This document shows, in pieces, positions 31,640 through 41,355 of a stretch of 64,000 nucleotides of DNA. The stretch spans positions 197,040-261,039 of the forward strand of contig CAVQUB010000020.1 of the NCBI GenBank assembly GCA_963716725.1, in the 5' to 3' direction. A model generated the notes under the pieces. It ran no database searches. It worked only from the letters and a program-made list of their open reading frames with translations, and was not told the origin of the DNA. Position 1 is the first letter of the stretch. Each line of letters starts with the position of its first letter. Both the position numbers and the translations under genes were made by a program. The DNA comes from an uncultured delta proteobacterium (GTDB taxonomy: Bacteria; Myxococcota_A; Polyangia; Polyangiales; Polyangiaceae).

Positions 31640-33523
31640 ATGTCCAGCCCCGTCCTACGAATCCTGTTGGTCTTTCTCGCAGTTGGGTGCACCGCTAACC
31701 CCGAGGCCGCGGACGACGAGAAGGTCTGCGCGCCCGGGATCCAGGTCGCCTGCGCGTGTCCCGGTGGACAACTCGGCGCCCAGAGCTGTACCGCCGACGG
31801 TTCAGCGTACACACCCTGCAACTGCGGCAGCGGCAGCGGTGGTGGCGGGGGCTGGGGCGGGAGCGGATCCGGCGGCTGGGGAAACAACACCGGGGACGGC
31901 GGCGCACCCGCGGGCGGCGGATCCAACGGCGGGAGCTCCGGTGGCGGAGGTTGGTCCGGCGGTGGCGGCAGCTCCGGGGGCGGCGGCAGCTCTGGCGGCG
32001 GCGGCAGCTCTGGTGGCAGCGGCAGCTCTGGCGGCGGCAGCTCCGGTGGCGGCGGCAGCTCCGGTGGCGGCGGCAGCTCCGGTGGCGGCGGCAGCTCCGG
32101 TGGCGGCGGCAGCTCTGGCGGCGGCGGCTGGGGCGGCGGCGGCTGGGGCGGCGGCTCCTTCGGCCCCGTCGGCGACTACGCGGGCAACGTGAACATCCAA
32201 GAGGTCTCGCTCTACCAAGCAGTGAAGATCCCGCTGATGATCGGCGGGCAAGAGCCCTCCAAGAAGAACGCGCCGATCGTCGCGGGACGCCCGGCCTTCG
32301 TCCGGGTGTTCGTCTCGCCCGGCGGCGGTTTCTCGAACCGCAAGCTCACGGCCAAGCTCGAGCTCACCTCCTCGGATCCGAAGGTGAAATCCCAGACTGT
32401 CAGCCTCGACATGAGCGGCGCATCGTCCGACGCGAACCTCGGCAGCACGTTCAACTTCCTGATCCCGCCCGATCAAATGACCACGGATCTGAAGCTGACC
32501 GCCTCGATCCACGAGACCTCGGGCGCCAGCGTCGGAACTCCTCAGTCGAGCGTGAAGTGGCCCGCTCAGTCCGGGGCGGCGGTCGGCGCCGCAACGTCCG
32601 GAATCATGCGCGTCAAGTTCGTCCCATTCCGCTACATGGGCGACGGCTCCGGACGCCTCCCGGACACGTCGACCGAGCAGATGCAGCGCTACCACGACGT
32701 TTTGTTCGCGATGTACCCGACCACGAAGGTGGAGGTGACGCTCCGAGATCCAGTGGACTACAAGAGCAAGGTCAGCGCGGGCTCCGGCTGGTCGACCTGG
32801 CTCGATACGCTGTGCGACCTCCGGCAGAGCGAAACGAGCGACACCAAGAATTACTACTTCGGGATCATGGCGCCGGCGACGGGCTGGAGCGCCTACGGCG
32901 GAGGCATCGCGGGCCTCGGCTACGTGCCTTCGGCGACTGACAAGTACTCGCGCTGCGCGGTGGGGCTTGGCTTCAAGGGAGCCGACCCCGAGGGCTTCAT
33001 CATGGCCCATGAGATCGGCCACACTCACGGTCGACCGCACGCGCCCTGCGGCGTCTCCGGTGAGTCGTTCCCCTACGCCGGCGCGACCATCGGCGCCTGG
33101 GGTTACAACCTGGTCAGTCAGAAGCTGAAGGAGCCCAAGGGCTTCCGCGACGTGATGAGCTACTGCGATCCGCAGTGGATCAGCGACGTCAACTACGGAA
33201 AGCTGTTCAGTCGCATCCAGTGGGTGAACGCGAACTACTACGAGGTCTCGGAGCCGCCGACCAAGTGGCGTAAGCTGCTGGTCGATCCCGACGGCACGCT
33301 CGCGTGGGGCGGCAGCGTGACCCTCACGCAGAAGCCCAGCGGAAAGAAACGGCGCGTCCAGCAGTTCGACGCCAATGGAACCCTCGTGGACATGACCTAC
33401 GGATGGTTCGTCCCGACGAGTGAAGATCCCGCGGGCACGCTCTGGATCCCCGAGCCCCGCCCCGGCGTGGTGGCCCTCGCGCCAGACGGACTGCCGGCGG
33501 TGGTGCTCGATCCAGCCGGCTGA
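31640..33523 (+). CDS. Lipoprotein with an M66-like zinc metallopeptidase domain
   Basis: Lipobox AVGC, long GGGGSS linker, metzincin motif HEIGHTHGRPH, Met-turn DVMSYC. Confidence 0.8.
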   Translation: MSSPVLRILLVFLAVGCTANPEAADDEKVCAPGIQVACACPGGQLGAQSCTADGSAYTPCNCGSGSGGGGGWGGSGSGGWGNNTGDGGAPAGGGSNGGSSGGGGWSGGGGSSGGGGSSGGGGSSGGSGSSGGGSSGGGGSSGGGGSSGGGGSSGGGGSSGGGGWGGGGWGGGSFGPVGDYAGNVNIQEVSLYQAVKIPLMIGGQEPSKKNAPIVAGRPAFVRVFVSPGGGFSNRKLTAKLELTSSDPKVKSQTVSLDMSGASSDANLGSTFNFLIPPDQMTTDLKLTASIHETSGASVGTPQSSVKWPAQSGAAVGAATSGIMRVKFVPFRYMGDGSGRLPDTSTEQMQRYHDVLFAMYPTTKVEVTLRDPVDYKSKVSAGSGWSTWLDTLCDLRQSETSDTKNYYFGIMAPATGWSAYGGGIAGLGYVPSATDKYSRCAVGLGFKGADPEGFIMAHEIGHTHGRPHAPCGVSGESFPYAGATIGAWGYNLVSQKLKEPKGFRDVMSYCDPQWISDVNYGKLFSRIQWVNANYYEVSEPPTKWRKLLVDPDGTLAWGGSVTLTQKPSGKKRRVQQFDANGTLVDMTYGWFVPTSEDPAGTLWIPEPRPGVVALAPDGLPAVVLDPAG

Positions 33524-33538
33524 GCTATTGTCCGGAGC

Positions 33539-34498
33539 GTGAAGCGTCTCCTACTCGGGCTCGGTGTGATGGCCATCGTCGGTTGTTCCAGCGCCACCGG
33601 CGGCGGAGGCGGGGACCTCGACGGTGGAGCCGGCTCCGGCGGCATGAATCTCGGCGGCAGCGGCGGCGCGCTCGGCGGCTCCGGCGGGGCCGGCGGGGCC
33701 GGCGGGCTCGTGGTCACGGGGGGCAGCGGCGGCGGCGGCGGCGGCACGAGCCCCGGTTGCTCCGTCGAGTCCCAGTTCGTCTACGTGCTCGATGCCGACG
33801 CCAAGCTCTACAAATTCGATCCTCCGGCGCTGACCTTCACCCCCATCGGCGTCCTCAATTGCCCGTCGGGTTTTCTCGACACGCCGTTCTCGATGGCCGT
33901 AGACCGCAGCGCCAACGCCTGGGTCGTCTACACCAACGGGAGCCTGTTCAAGGTCGACACCAAGACCGCCGCCTGCTCACCGACCTCGTTCGCGCCAGGC
34001 CAGGCTGGCTTCGTCACCTTCGGGATGGGCTTCTCCACCGAAGGCGCCGGCAGCACCAAGGACACGCTCTTCGTCAGCCAATCCGAGATGCTCGGCGGCA
34101 CCAAGGGGCTGGCCACCATCGACACGCAGTCGCTCGTGCTGACCCCCATCGGCATGTACGACCAGATAAACGCCCGGGCCGAGCTCACGGGCACCGGCGA
34201 CGGCAAGTTGTTCGGCGCCTTCGAGGGATCCCCCTACGTCGTCGCGCAGATCGACAAGAGCCAAGGCAAGATCCTGTCGCAGGCCCCGCAGAACCAGGTC
34301 CAGTACCCGCCAGGCGGCTCGAACTTCGCCTTCGCGTTCTGGGGCGGCAGCTTCTGGCTCTTCGTCGGACCCGGCACGTCCACCGACGTGTTCAAGTACG
34401 ATCCGCAAATCGGCAGCACGGTCAAGCTCAAGACCGAATCGTTCGCCATCGTCGGCGCCGGCGTCAGCACCTGCGCGCCCATCGAACCCCCGAAGTGA
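33539..34498 (+). CDS. Myxobacterial lipoprotein, probable beta-propeller
   Basis: Lipobox IVGC, PFSMAVDR, AFAFWGGSFWLF, IVGAGVSTCAP. Confidence 0.7.
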   Translation: MKRLLLGLGVMAIVGCSSATGGGGGDLDGGAGSGGMNLGGSGGALGGSGGAGGAGGLVVTGGSGGGGGGTSPGCSVESQFVYVLDADAKLYKFDPPALTFTPIGVLNCPSGFLDTPFSMAVDRSANAWVVYTNGSLFKVDTKTAACSPTSFAPGQAGFVTFGMGFSTEGAGSTKDTLFVSQSEMLGGTKGLATIDTQSLVLTPIGMYDQINARAELTGTGDGKLFGAFEGSPYVVAQIDKSQGKILSQAPQNQVQYPPGGSNFAFAFWGGSFWLFVGPGTSTDVFKYDPQIGSTVKLKTESFAIVGAGVSTCAPIEPPK

Positions 34499-34506
34499 GG
34501 AAGACC

Positions 34507-35499
34507 ATGCGCCCGATCGTCGCCGCCACCGCGCTTCTAGCGCTCATGTGCATTGCCTCGAACAGCCGCGCCGAGACCCACAAGCTGCGAGTCGCTACTC
34601 TGGCGCCCAAGAACTCGACCTGGGGCAAGGTCTTCAAGGTCTGGCAGAAGGCGCTGTCCCAGAAGAGCGGCGGCAGGCTCGAGCTCGAGGTCTACTACAA
34701 CGCCTCGCAGGGCAACGAGGACACCATGGTCTCGAAGATGAAGACCGGGTCCCTGGATGGAGCCGCGCTCACTTCCGTCGGCCTGTCGCGCATCACCAAA
34801 GACGTGCTCGCGCTCCAGCTGCCCGGCGTCGTCGACTCGTGGGCGCTACTCGACAAAGTGCGCACCGATCTCGCGCCCGATCTCGAGAAGGGCTTCGAGA
34901 AAGAAGGCTTCGTCGTCGTCGGCTGGGGCGACATCGGCCTGGTCCGCCAGTGGACCCGCGGCTTCGAGCTGCGCCGCCCCAGCGACATGAAAGGCAAGCG
35001 CCCCCTGGTCTGGCGCAACGAGCCCATCGGCCCGGCGATCTACACCGCCATCGGGGGCGTCGTGCCCACGCCGCTCTCGCCCACAGAAGTGCTGCCTGCG
35101 CTCCGAGCCAACAAGATCGACGTGCTGAACGCCCCTGCCCTCGCCGCCGAGCAGCTGCAGTGGGTGCCCATGCTCGACCATGTGGCCTCCACCGCGAGCG
35201 TGTGCGCCGTCGGCGGCACCGTCTTCCGCAAGAAGGCCCTCGACAACTTGCCCAAGGACGTCCAGACCATCTTCTGGGACCTGCAAAAGCGCGCCGCGGA
35301 GGTGAACAAGGACCGCGTGCGCAAGCTCGACGCGCAGGCCTACGCCCGCAGCGCGAAGAAGATGAAGGTCGTGGACCTCTCCGCTGCCGACCGCGAAGAG
35401 TGGCGGAAGGTCTTGGTCCCGGCCATCAAGCAGCTGGGCCAAGGCACCTTCTCGAGTGGCCTGGTCGCGCGCGTACTGAAGCTCACTGGCAAAGGCTGA
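34507..35499 (+). CDS. dctP: TRAP transporter substrate-binding protein (DctP-like)
   Basis: Signal peptide, LRVATLAPKNSTW, SGGRLELEVY, EVLPALRANKID. Confidence 0.8.
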   Translation: MRPIVAATALLALMCIASNSRAETHKLRVATLAPKNSTWGKVFKVWQKALSQKSGGRLELEVYYNASQGNEDTMVSKMKTGSLDGAALTSVGLSRITKDVLALQLPGVVDSWALLDKVRTDLAPDLEKGFEKEGFVVVGWGDIGLVRQWTRGFELRRPSDMKGKRPLVWRNEPIGPAIYTAIGGVVPTPLSPTEVLPALRANKIDVLNAPALAAEQLQWVPMLDHVASTASVCAVGGTVFRKKALDNLPKDVQTIFWDLQKRAAEVNKDRVRKLDAQAYARSAKKMKVVDLSAADREEWRKVLVPAIKQLGQGTFSSGLVARVLKLTGKG

Positions 35500-35561
35500 C
35501 CGACGCACGTGCGTCCCCGCGAAGTTCCTTTTGCACTGCGCAGACGGCTACCCTTCCGCCG

Positions 35562-35876
35562 GTGATCACCCGCGTCGGTCGCCGTGTGCTCGAGATCGGG
35601 GTGGGCATGTTTGCGCTGCTCGGATTCGCCTTCGTGCCCCTCGGCAAGAAGACCGGGCTGGAGCACCTGAAGGCCATCATCGCCACCGCTCCCGCCAAGG
35701 AGGCCGGCGCCGAGCTGATCGACGCAGGCTTTCGCCTGCGGGCCCGCGTCTTCGAGCGCGCGGTCACGGACGCCGGCGCCGACGCTCCTCAGCCCGAGTC
35801 GCTGATGTGCGTGGCGCCGTTGGCGCGGGCGGCGACGGACGCGGACGGCGGCGTCGCTCCGATGATCCTTCACTGA
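35562..35876 (+). CDS. Small hypothetical membrane protein
   Basis: N-terminal TM segment then FVPLGKKTGLEHL. Confidence 0.5.
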   Translation: MITRVGRRVLEIGVGMFALLGFAFVPLGKKTGLEHLKAIIATAPAKEAGAELIDAGFRLRARVFERAVTDAGADAPQPESLMCVAPLARAATDADGGVAPMILH

Positions 35877-35947
35877 GGGCCTCGCGGCGTCACGACGCGC
35901 AACAACGAGCCCTGACGAACGCCCCTCGATAGCTGGGTTCGTACCCG

Positions 35948-36622
35948 TCACTCGCCGGGGGATACCCACAGCCACGTCAGCGCGCCACCCACAAAGTGCC
36001 CGACGTTGTCTTCGGGCTCGTTGCGGGGGGGCGGCCGGCCGAGCAGGCCGGTCCCGAATGCGCTCTGGTTGGTGCACTTCGGCGGCGTGACGGGGATGAA
36101 GTCGAACTGAGCAGCCAGCTCGAACTGCGCGTGGTGACCAAACCTGACCCCGAGCTCCGCGGAGCCTCCCAACGCGAAATCTCTGTACGATTCGTTCCCG
36201 CACACCGACGACGAGTAGTCGCCGAAAAGCACGATGGCGACGGGACCAAGCCGGGCGACGAACGTGGAGCCGAGATCGACGCTCGGCAGCAGGCGGAGGG
36301 CTCCGCCCCCGACGAGCATCGTGGATTCATCGACCTCACCGGTCGGATATCCGCCAGCCGTCCTGCTCGTACGACCGATCGCCAGGAGAGGCTTCGTGCG
36401 AAGATGAAATGCGCTGGCCCAGCGCACGTCCACCGCGGCACCAGCGAGCAGCCATGGCCCGTCCAAGGTCGAGAACGGTCCCCAGAGGAACTCCAAGGCG
36501 GGACCGCCCTCGATCCCGCGACGGTCGGCCGGCTCCGCGGACGCGTCGACCGTCATGGCGGCGCTGCATGCGAGCGCGGTGGCGGCGACCAGCGTGTGTC
36601 GGATGGTCGTGATCGCTCGCAT
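35948..36622 (-). CDS. Exported hypothetical protein (possible outer-membrane beta-strand protein)
   Basis: Signal peptide ending DASA; alternating amphipathic segments. Confidence 0.5.
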   Translation of the reverse strand: MRAITTIRHTLVAATALACSAAMTVDASAEPADRRGIEGGPALEFLWGPFSTLDGPWLLAGAAVDVRWASAFHLRTKPLLAIGRTSRTAGGYPTGEVDESTMLVGGGALRLLPSVDLGSTFVARLGPVAIVLFGDYSSSVCGNESYRDFALGGSAELGVRFGHHAQFELAAQFDFIPVTPPKCTNQSAFGTGLLGRPPPRNEPEDNVGHFVGGALTWLWVSPGE

Positions 36623-36651
36623 GGCTACGAACCTACCCGACTGCTCGGGGA

Positions 36652-37374
36652 TCACGGTGCGCAACAGCGGAACCCGAGGAAGGCGTCTCGGTAGGTGGGC
36701 TCGTACGCGAGGGTCGAGCCACACATTGGGGCGCCTTCGACCGCGCTTGCGCCGGGCGCCGAGCAATACGGACCCCCTACATCGGACCCACAATCGTCAG
36801 TCCACTCCGCCACGTTGCCGATCAGATCGAAGAGGCCGTCGAGCAGCGGGCCCTTGCCGTGACAGCCCTGCGACGTGCCGACGGGCCTCAGCGCGCCGGT
36901 CATGAAGTTGCAGCCGGGCGGGCTCGACTCCACGTGACCAAAGACGGCGTTGCACGCCGCCTCCCAGCGCGCCGGCCGTCGCCGATGGTCGAGCCCCGTA
37001 CACAGCTTCTTGCCCACCGACGTGCAGAACGCCGCCGCATCGCACCAGTCGACGCACGTGACCGGCAAGTTCGGATCGCCGGTGGGAGCCAACGGCACGT
37101 AGGCACAGCCCGCGTCATCCGGCTCGAAGCTCGTGTTCCACTCGCACCCCTCCTGCTGGCCGGTCACCGCAGGTGCCTGGGCCAGGAACGCCGAGTACTG
37201 TCCGCGCGTCACCTCCTTGCCGTCGATGCAGAACGAGCCGCAGCTCGCCGAGACGCGGACCATGTCCGCCGGGCACGAGCTGACCTCCCCGCAGCTCGCA
37301 GCCTCGTCCTCCGAGCTGCACCCGACGAAGAGAGGGACGAGTAGCGCCGCCACGGCGACCGTGATCGGACGCAT
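36652..37374 (-). CDS. FGE-sulfatase (SUMF1) domain lipoprotein
   Basis: CPADMV, FCIDGKEVT, PVTCVDWCDAAAFC, GLFDLIGNVAEW, GFRCC. Confidence 0.88.
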   Translation of the reverse strand: MRPITVAVAALLVPLFVGCSSEDEAASCGEVSSCPADMVRVSASCGSFCIDGKEVTRGQYSAFLAQAPAVTGQQEGCEWNTSFEPDDAGCAYVPLAPTGDPNLPVTCVDWCDAAAFCTSVGKKLCTGLDHRRRPARWEAACNAVFGHVESSPPGCNFMTGALRPVGTSQGCHGKGPLLDGLFDLIGNVAEWTDDCGSDVGGPYCSAPGASAVEGAPMCGSTLAYEPTYRDAFLGFRCCAP

Positions 37375-37376
37375 GC

Positions 37377-37785
37377 CTACAGCACCTTCCCGACGCAGCT
37401 GCGGAAGGTGTCGCGGGCTACTTCGCAGCCGACGAAGGTCGGCTCGCGCCGGGCCGCGTCGCACGCCAGCTCGGGCGCGCTCTTCCCGCAGCTCGTCCAG
37501 TCGGCGAACTCCGGGGTGCAGCGCGAGATCTCTGGCAGAGAAGACGCAGCCCCGGGCGCAGTCCTTCAGCGAGGGGACGCCCGGACAGTCCTTGGGATCC
37601 TCGGAGATGCGCCGGCACATCGCGAAGCAGTCGTTCAGCGCCACCGAGAGCGGGTGATCGGGCGGGAGGACCACTCCGGCATCCGTCCGCGTACCGCCGT
37701 CATCGCGATCTCCAGGATCGGGAGCGGGCAAGCAGTTGGACATGGCCACGCACAGCGCGATGGCGCGGACGATCTCGAGCCTCAT
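37377..37785 (-). CDS. Small Cys-rich lipoprotein (frameshifted; fused to the FGE gene in the ORF track)
   Basis: Signal ending SNC, Cys-rich body; TAG at 37377-37379 lies in a different frame from the start. Confidence 0.5.
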
Positions 37786-38306
37786 GGGTTGCTCCCTTCA
37801 TGCTTGGACGCCTCGGAGTCCGGAAAGAACGCGACGCTGCGCCACGTTCCGGCCTCGCAGAAGCGGAACAGATCGCTGTCGCCGCCACCCGATACGCGCT
37901 GGGGCTTTCGTCCCGCGCAAGCTTCGCGTTCGTGGGTGAGCTCGGCGCGACACAGACCGCCCCGGCACTCCGCGCTCAGGACTCGCACGCCCAGCCGCTC
38001 CGCGGCGCGACTCGCGCTTCGCCTGCGCTTCTCGGCGGCGCTCTCCCAATCCGGAGTGCGCGGCCGCTGCTCGAACGACGCGTTCGCGACCGCGAGCTCG
38101 GGAGGGATCGGGGAGTCGGGTTCGTTGGTTGCTGGAGGGGATTGGTTGACCGCGACCATGGCCGGAGGTTGGGCTGACGGCCCCGGTCCGACCTGTGATG
38201 GCCGCTGTGCCGCCCACGACCGCGGGCGATGCATCGGAGCCGCGGGCCACGCCAGCCAGGCCACTCCCGCGGCCGCCGCGGTGCCCACGAGAAACAGCGC
38301 CCTCAT
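37782..38306 (-). CDS. Hypothetical membrane-anchored protein
   Basis: N-terminal TM segment, EQRPRTPDWES..ECRGGLCRAEL; ATGA overlaps on both sides. Confidence 0.55.
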   Translation of the reverse strand: MRALFLVGTAAAAGVAWLAWPAAPMHRPRSWAAQRPSQVGPGPSAQPPAMVAVNQSPPATNEPDSPIPPELAVANASFEQRPRTPDWESAAEKRRRSASRAAERLGVRVLSAECRGGLCRAELTHEREACAGRKPQRVSGGGDSDLFRFCEAGTWRSVAFFPDSEASKHEGSNP

Positions 38307-40836
38307 GGCAACACCACCTGGGGACCCTGCACTTCAACCGTCTTCAGGTGGTGGACGGCGCGCGCGTAGTCCGAGCCTTCCTTGCCCAACGTCGGCCACG
38401 TGAGCGCCGAGGTGAATCTCATGTGCCCCGCCGACTGCGTCGTTCCGTGCGGGCCCACGAGCACCCACTGCCCAGTGGCCGTGTAGAACCGGAAAAGCGC
38501 GTCGTGCTGTCCCGAGAACGGGCTCACGTCATAGTGGTCATCAGGCGACGACGTGTCGTCCTCCATCAACGTGAATCGAGTCCAGAAGTTCCGATCGAGG
38601 TCAGACGCCGTCCCCGGCGGGTAGATGGGCTCCGAGAACAGCGCCGCCTCGAGCCCGAGGTTCGGGTTCGGGTCATCGTCGATGACGTGGGTCTGCCTGA
38701 AGAAGATCGCCCCCGAGCTGTTTGGGGACATCCCGTATCTCACTTCGCCCCAGAAGTCGGCGTCGCCGCAGCCCCAACAGTCGTCGGTCAGATCCTCGAC
38801 GTCGCCCACGCGGTAGACGAGCTTGTGCCAGCTCGCCGGGTTCCAGGTTCCGGGCTGGGCGAGGCGCACCAGCGAGAGCGCGCCGAAGAGCGCGGCGTGG
38901 TCCGAGAGACACTCCGTGGTGCCGGGCACGGTCGGGCTGACGGGATCGCCCGGGTTCAGCTTCGATCCCGGCAAGAAGTTGAACGGCGTCGCCCGGGGTC
39001 GAGCGCTGGTGTCTTTTGCTCCGATGCCGTAGGCCGGCAGAACACCGGGAGCCGGCAGGGCGAAGATGTAGTCCAGCCTGCCATAATAGGTCGTGAACTG
39101 GATCTCGCAGTCGAGCTGGTCGAGCCAGGTCCCCTCGCCGATGCTGCCGTACCCCTGCTGTGCTGCGCTGAGATCGCTGGCGACTGTGGTGTAGCTGTCG
39201 TGCACACCGAGGTCGTACCGCTTGCTCAGGAAGCTGTTGTTCTGGTCGAACGCGGTGAGCTGCGAGATGCCCAAGTTCGCGAGCAGGCTCGCGTACTCTT
39301 CATGAGGCCACTCTTTCCCGTTGATGTTGAGGTCGCCCATCAGCAACGCCGGACGATCGGGCGCGCGCACCTGATTCGCGAAGGTCATCAGCTCCGAGAT
39401 CTGCGCGGCGCGGGTGCTCGCCGGCACTCCGAACGTCGGCAGTTCCGGGTTCGCCTGAAGGTGAGTGCAGAACAAGTCGATGAACTCGTCACCGTTGTAG
39501 CTCTGGTTGGGCATGATTTCGCCGACGGGTGGCTGGAGCGAGGGCTCCGCGGCATTGGTCAGCACGCGTGCCCAAATGAAGCCCTTGTCCTCGAAGCAGT
39601 CCTCCGCCAGGCAGTTACCGTAGCCATACTCCACCACTTTGCCGTTCAGGAACGGCCGGCGCGAGAGGACGAGGAGCCCGGTGTCTTCGTCATCCAAACC
39701 CGCCAGGCCTGCGATGACGGGATCGCCGATGATGACCCAGGTCGGAGGCATGGAAGCGACCTGGACTACGGGCGACCCTTCCTGACTTGGGAATTCCTCC
39801 TCCAGAGTATCCAGGTCGCGGGGGCGCCCCTTCGCCCACATGTCGTGCCCCGCCAGCGAGGCGTAGAGTTGGCCCCACCAGTAGATGTCCTCGCGCGCGT
39901 CGTGCGGCCAGACCTCCGAGAGACAGGAGTGGTCTGCGATCGACGCGACGTAGCCAAAGTGCTCGGGATCACCGCTACCGCCGTCGCTGAGGCCGAACGG
40001 CATTTGCCCGACGTTGTAGGAAAGTACCCTCTCCCCGACGCTGGGCGGGTACGCGATCTTCACGGTCTCCCAGGTCGCGGGCCGGAAGGGATCCACGACA
40101 TGGGTTGGCCCGCGATTTGGGAACGTGTAGAGCCCCTTGTCGCAGGGAAGCTGGAAGTTCATCCCGAGACCGAACTGGCCTTGCCTGATGATCGGAGCGG
40201 GACCGTGCAGGCCCGGCCGCTTCAAACGAATCGCGAGCTCGATGACGTAGCGCGCCTCGGTCGACTGGTAGACGGTCTGGTGCTCCACCGGCCAGCGTTG
40301 GGAGCTGGAAACTTCCGACCACCCGCTTCCGTTGCCCATGTACTGAACCACGCTGGTCGTCAGCGGGTCGAACCGGAGCACCAGCCGTCGATCCTCCGAG
40401 CCGGGACGCGATGGGCAGACTGTGGACCCCCGAGACGAATCGAGTAGCAATTCGAGGCTGTGCGCGGTCACGGGGATCTCGCCGCCGCACGTGATGTTCG
40501 GATCGCCCTGGACCGTGATCGCGAGGTGAAGGGTGGAGCCGTCGAGCTCGAACGCGATCTGCCCGCTCCTCCGGCCGCCCTTGAAGTCCTGCACTGTCGC
40601 GCGAAATGCATCCGGATACTCGGAGCTCATCGTCAACCATCCGTCGACCTTCGGCACCGCGCAGCCACTCGTCGCACAATCTCGGGGCAGGGCCCACGCG
40701 ATCCCCGTCGGCGCGTCGACGCACAGGGGTTGGGCGGCTGCGCTACGGTGCGTTAGCACGCAGCCGAACACGAGCAGGAACACGACCGAAACAAGTGCGT
40801 GCGTGCGTGCGTGCGTGCGAACTTCATGCCAACCAT
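38303..40836 (-). CDS. Large secreted endonuclease/exonuclease/phosphatase (sphingomyelinase-like) protein; 5' end out of frame at a (GCAC)6 tract
   Basis: SYNV, KGFIWARV, THLQA, LMGDLN, RLDYIF, LSDH motifs. RBS GGGAGG with ATG at 40836/40827; open frame only from 40783. Confidence 0.75.
40795..40818 (-). repeat. Tetranucleotide simple sequence repeat (GCAC)6
   Basis: gtgc x6 on the plus strand. Confidence 0.95.
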
Positions 40837-41010
40837 CGAACCCTCCCGGCGTTCACGCGACCCAAAAGCACGCTACCACACTGAGCGCGCCCACGTCCCG
40901 TCACCAGAGCGGGGCCTGGAAACTTTGGTGGGCTGGTGCAAGTCAATGTGCGCCTGAGACTTGACCGCAATCAACTGCGCGCCAGCCGCAGCTCCTCGAT
41001 GACCCGACTC

Positions 41011-41355
41011 TCACTCCGGCCGCGGCACGTGCGGGTGCTCGTTGTAGTAGGCGTCGAGGCTCTCCTTGCTGATGCGGAGCTCGATCACACCCTCGCGCAC
41101 GATCTTCGACTGACAGCCGAGGCGCGAGTTCATGCGCACGTCGAAGGCTTTGTCGAGGATGTCCTCTTCGTCCTCGCCGGCCTCGCTCAAGAGTTCGGCG
41201 CCCTTTTCGACGTAGACGTGGCAGGTCGAGCACGCGCACACGCCGCCGCAGGCCGAGCCCTCGGGCGCCCCGATCTTTTGCGCGGCCTCGAGCAGGCTGG
41301 TCCCGAGCGGCACCTCGACCTCGATGCCCTGATCGACGAAGCGGATCGTGGCCAT
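41011..41355 (-). CDS. fdx: ISC-type [2Fe-2S] ferredoxin
   Basis: ACGGVCACSTCH, SRLGCQ; follows hscA with TGATG overlap. Confidence 0.93.
   Translation of the reverse strand: MATIRFVDQGIEVEVPLGTSLLEAAQKIGAPEGSACGGVCACSTCHVYVEKGAELLSEAGEDEEDILDKAFDVRMNSRLGCQSKIVREGVIELRISKESLDAYYNEHPHVPRPE

Noticed and set aside
29971..32150. Regular short repeats as a possible CRISPR array
   Set aside because: The units are head-to-tail with no unique spacers, are multiples of 3 and encode Gly/Ser linkers; no cas genes are present.
36652..37785. Single 377-aa fusion of a Cys-rich domain to an FGE domain
   Set aside because: An internal lipoprotein signal at 37374 and a nearby out-of-frame TAG indicate two genes joined by an indel.
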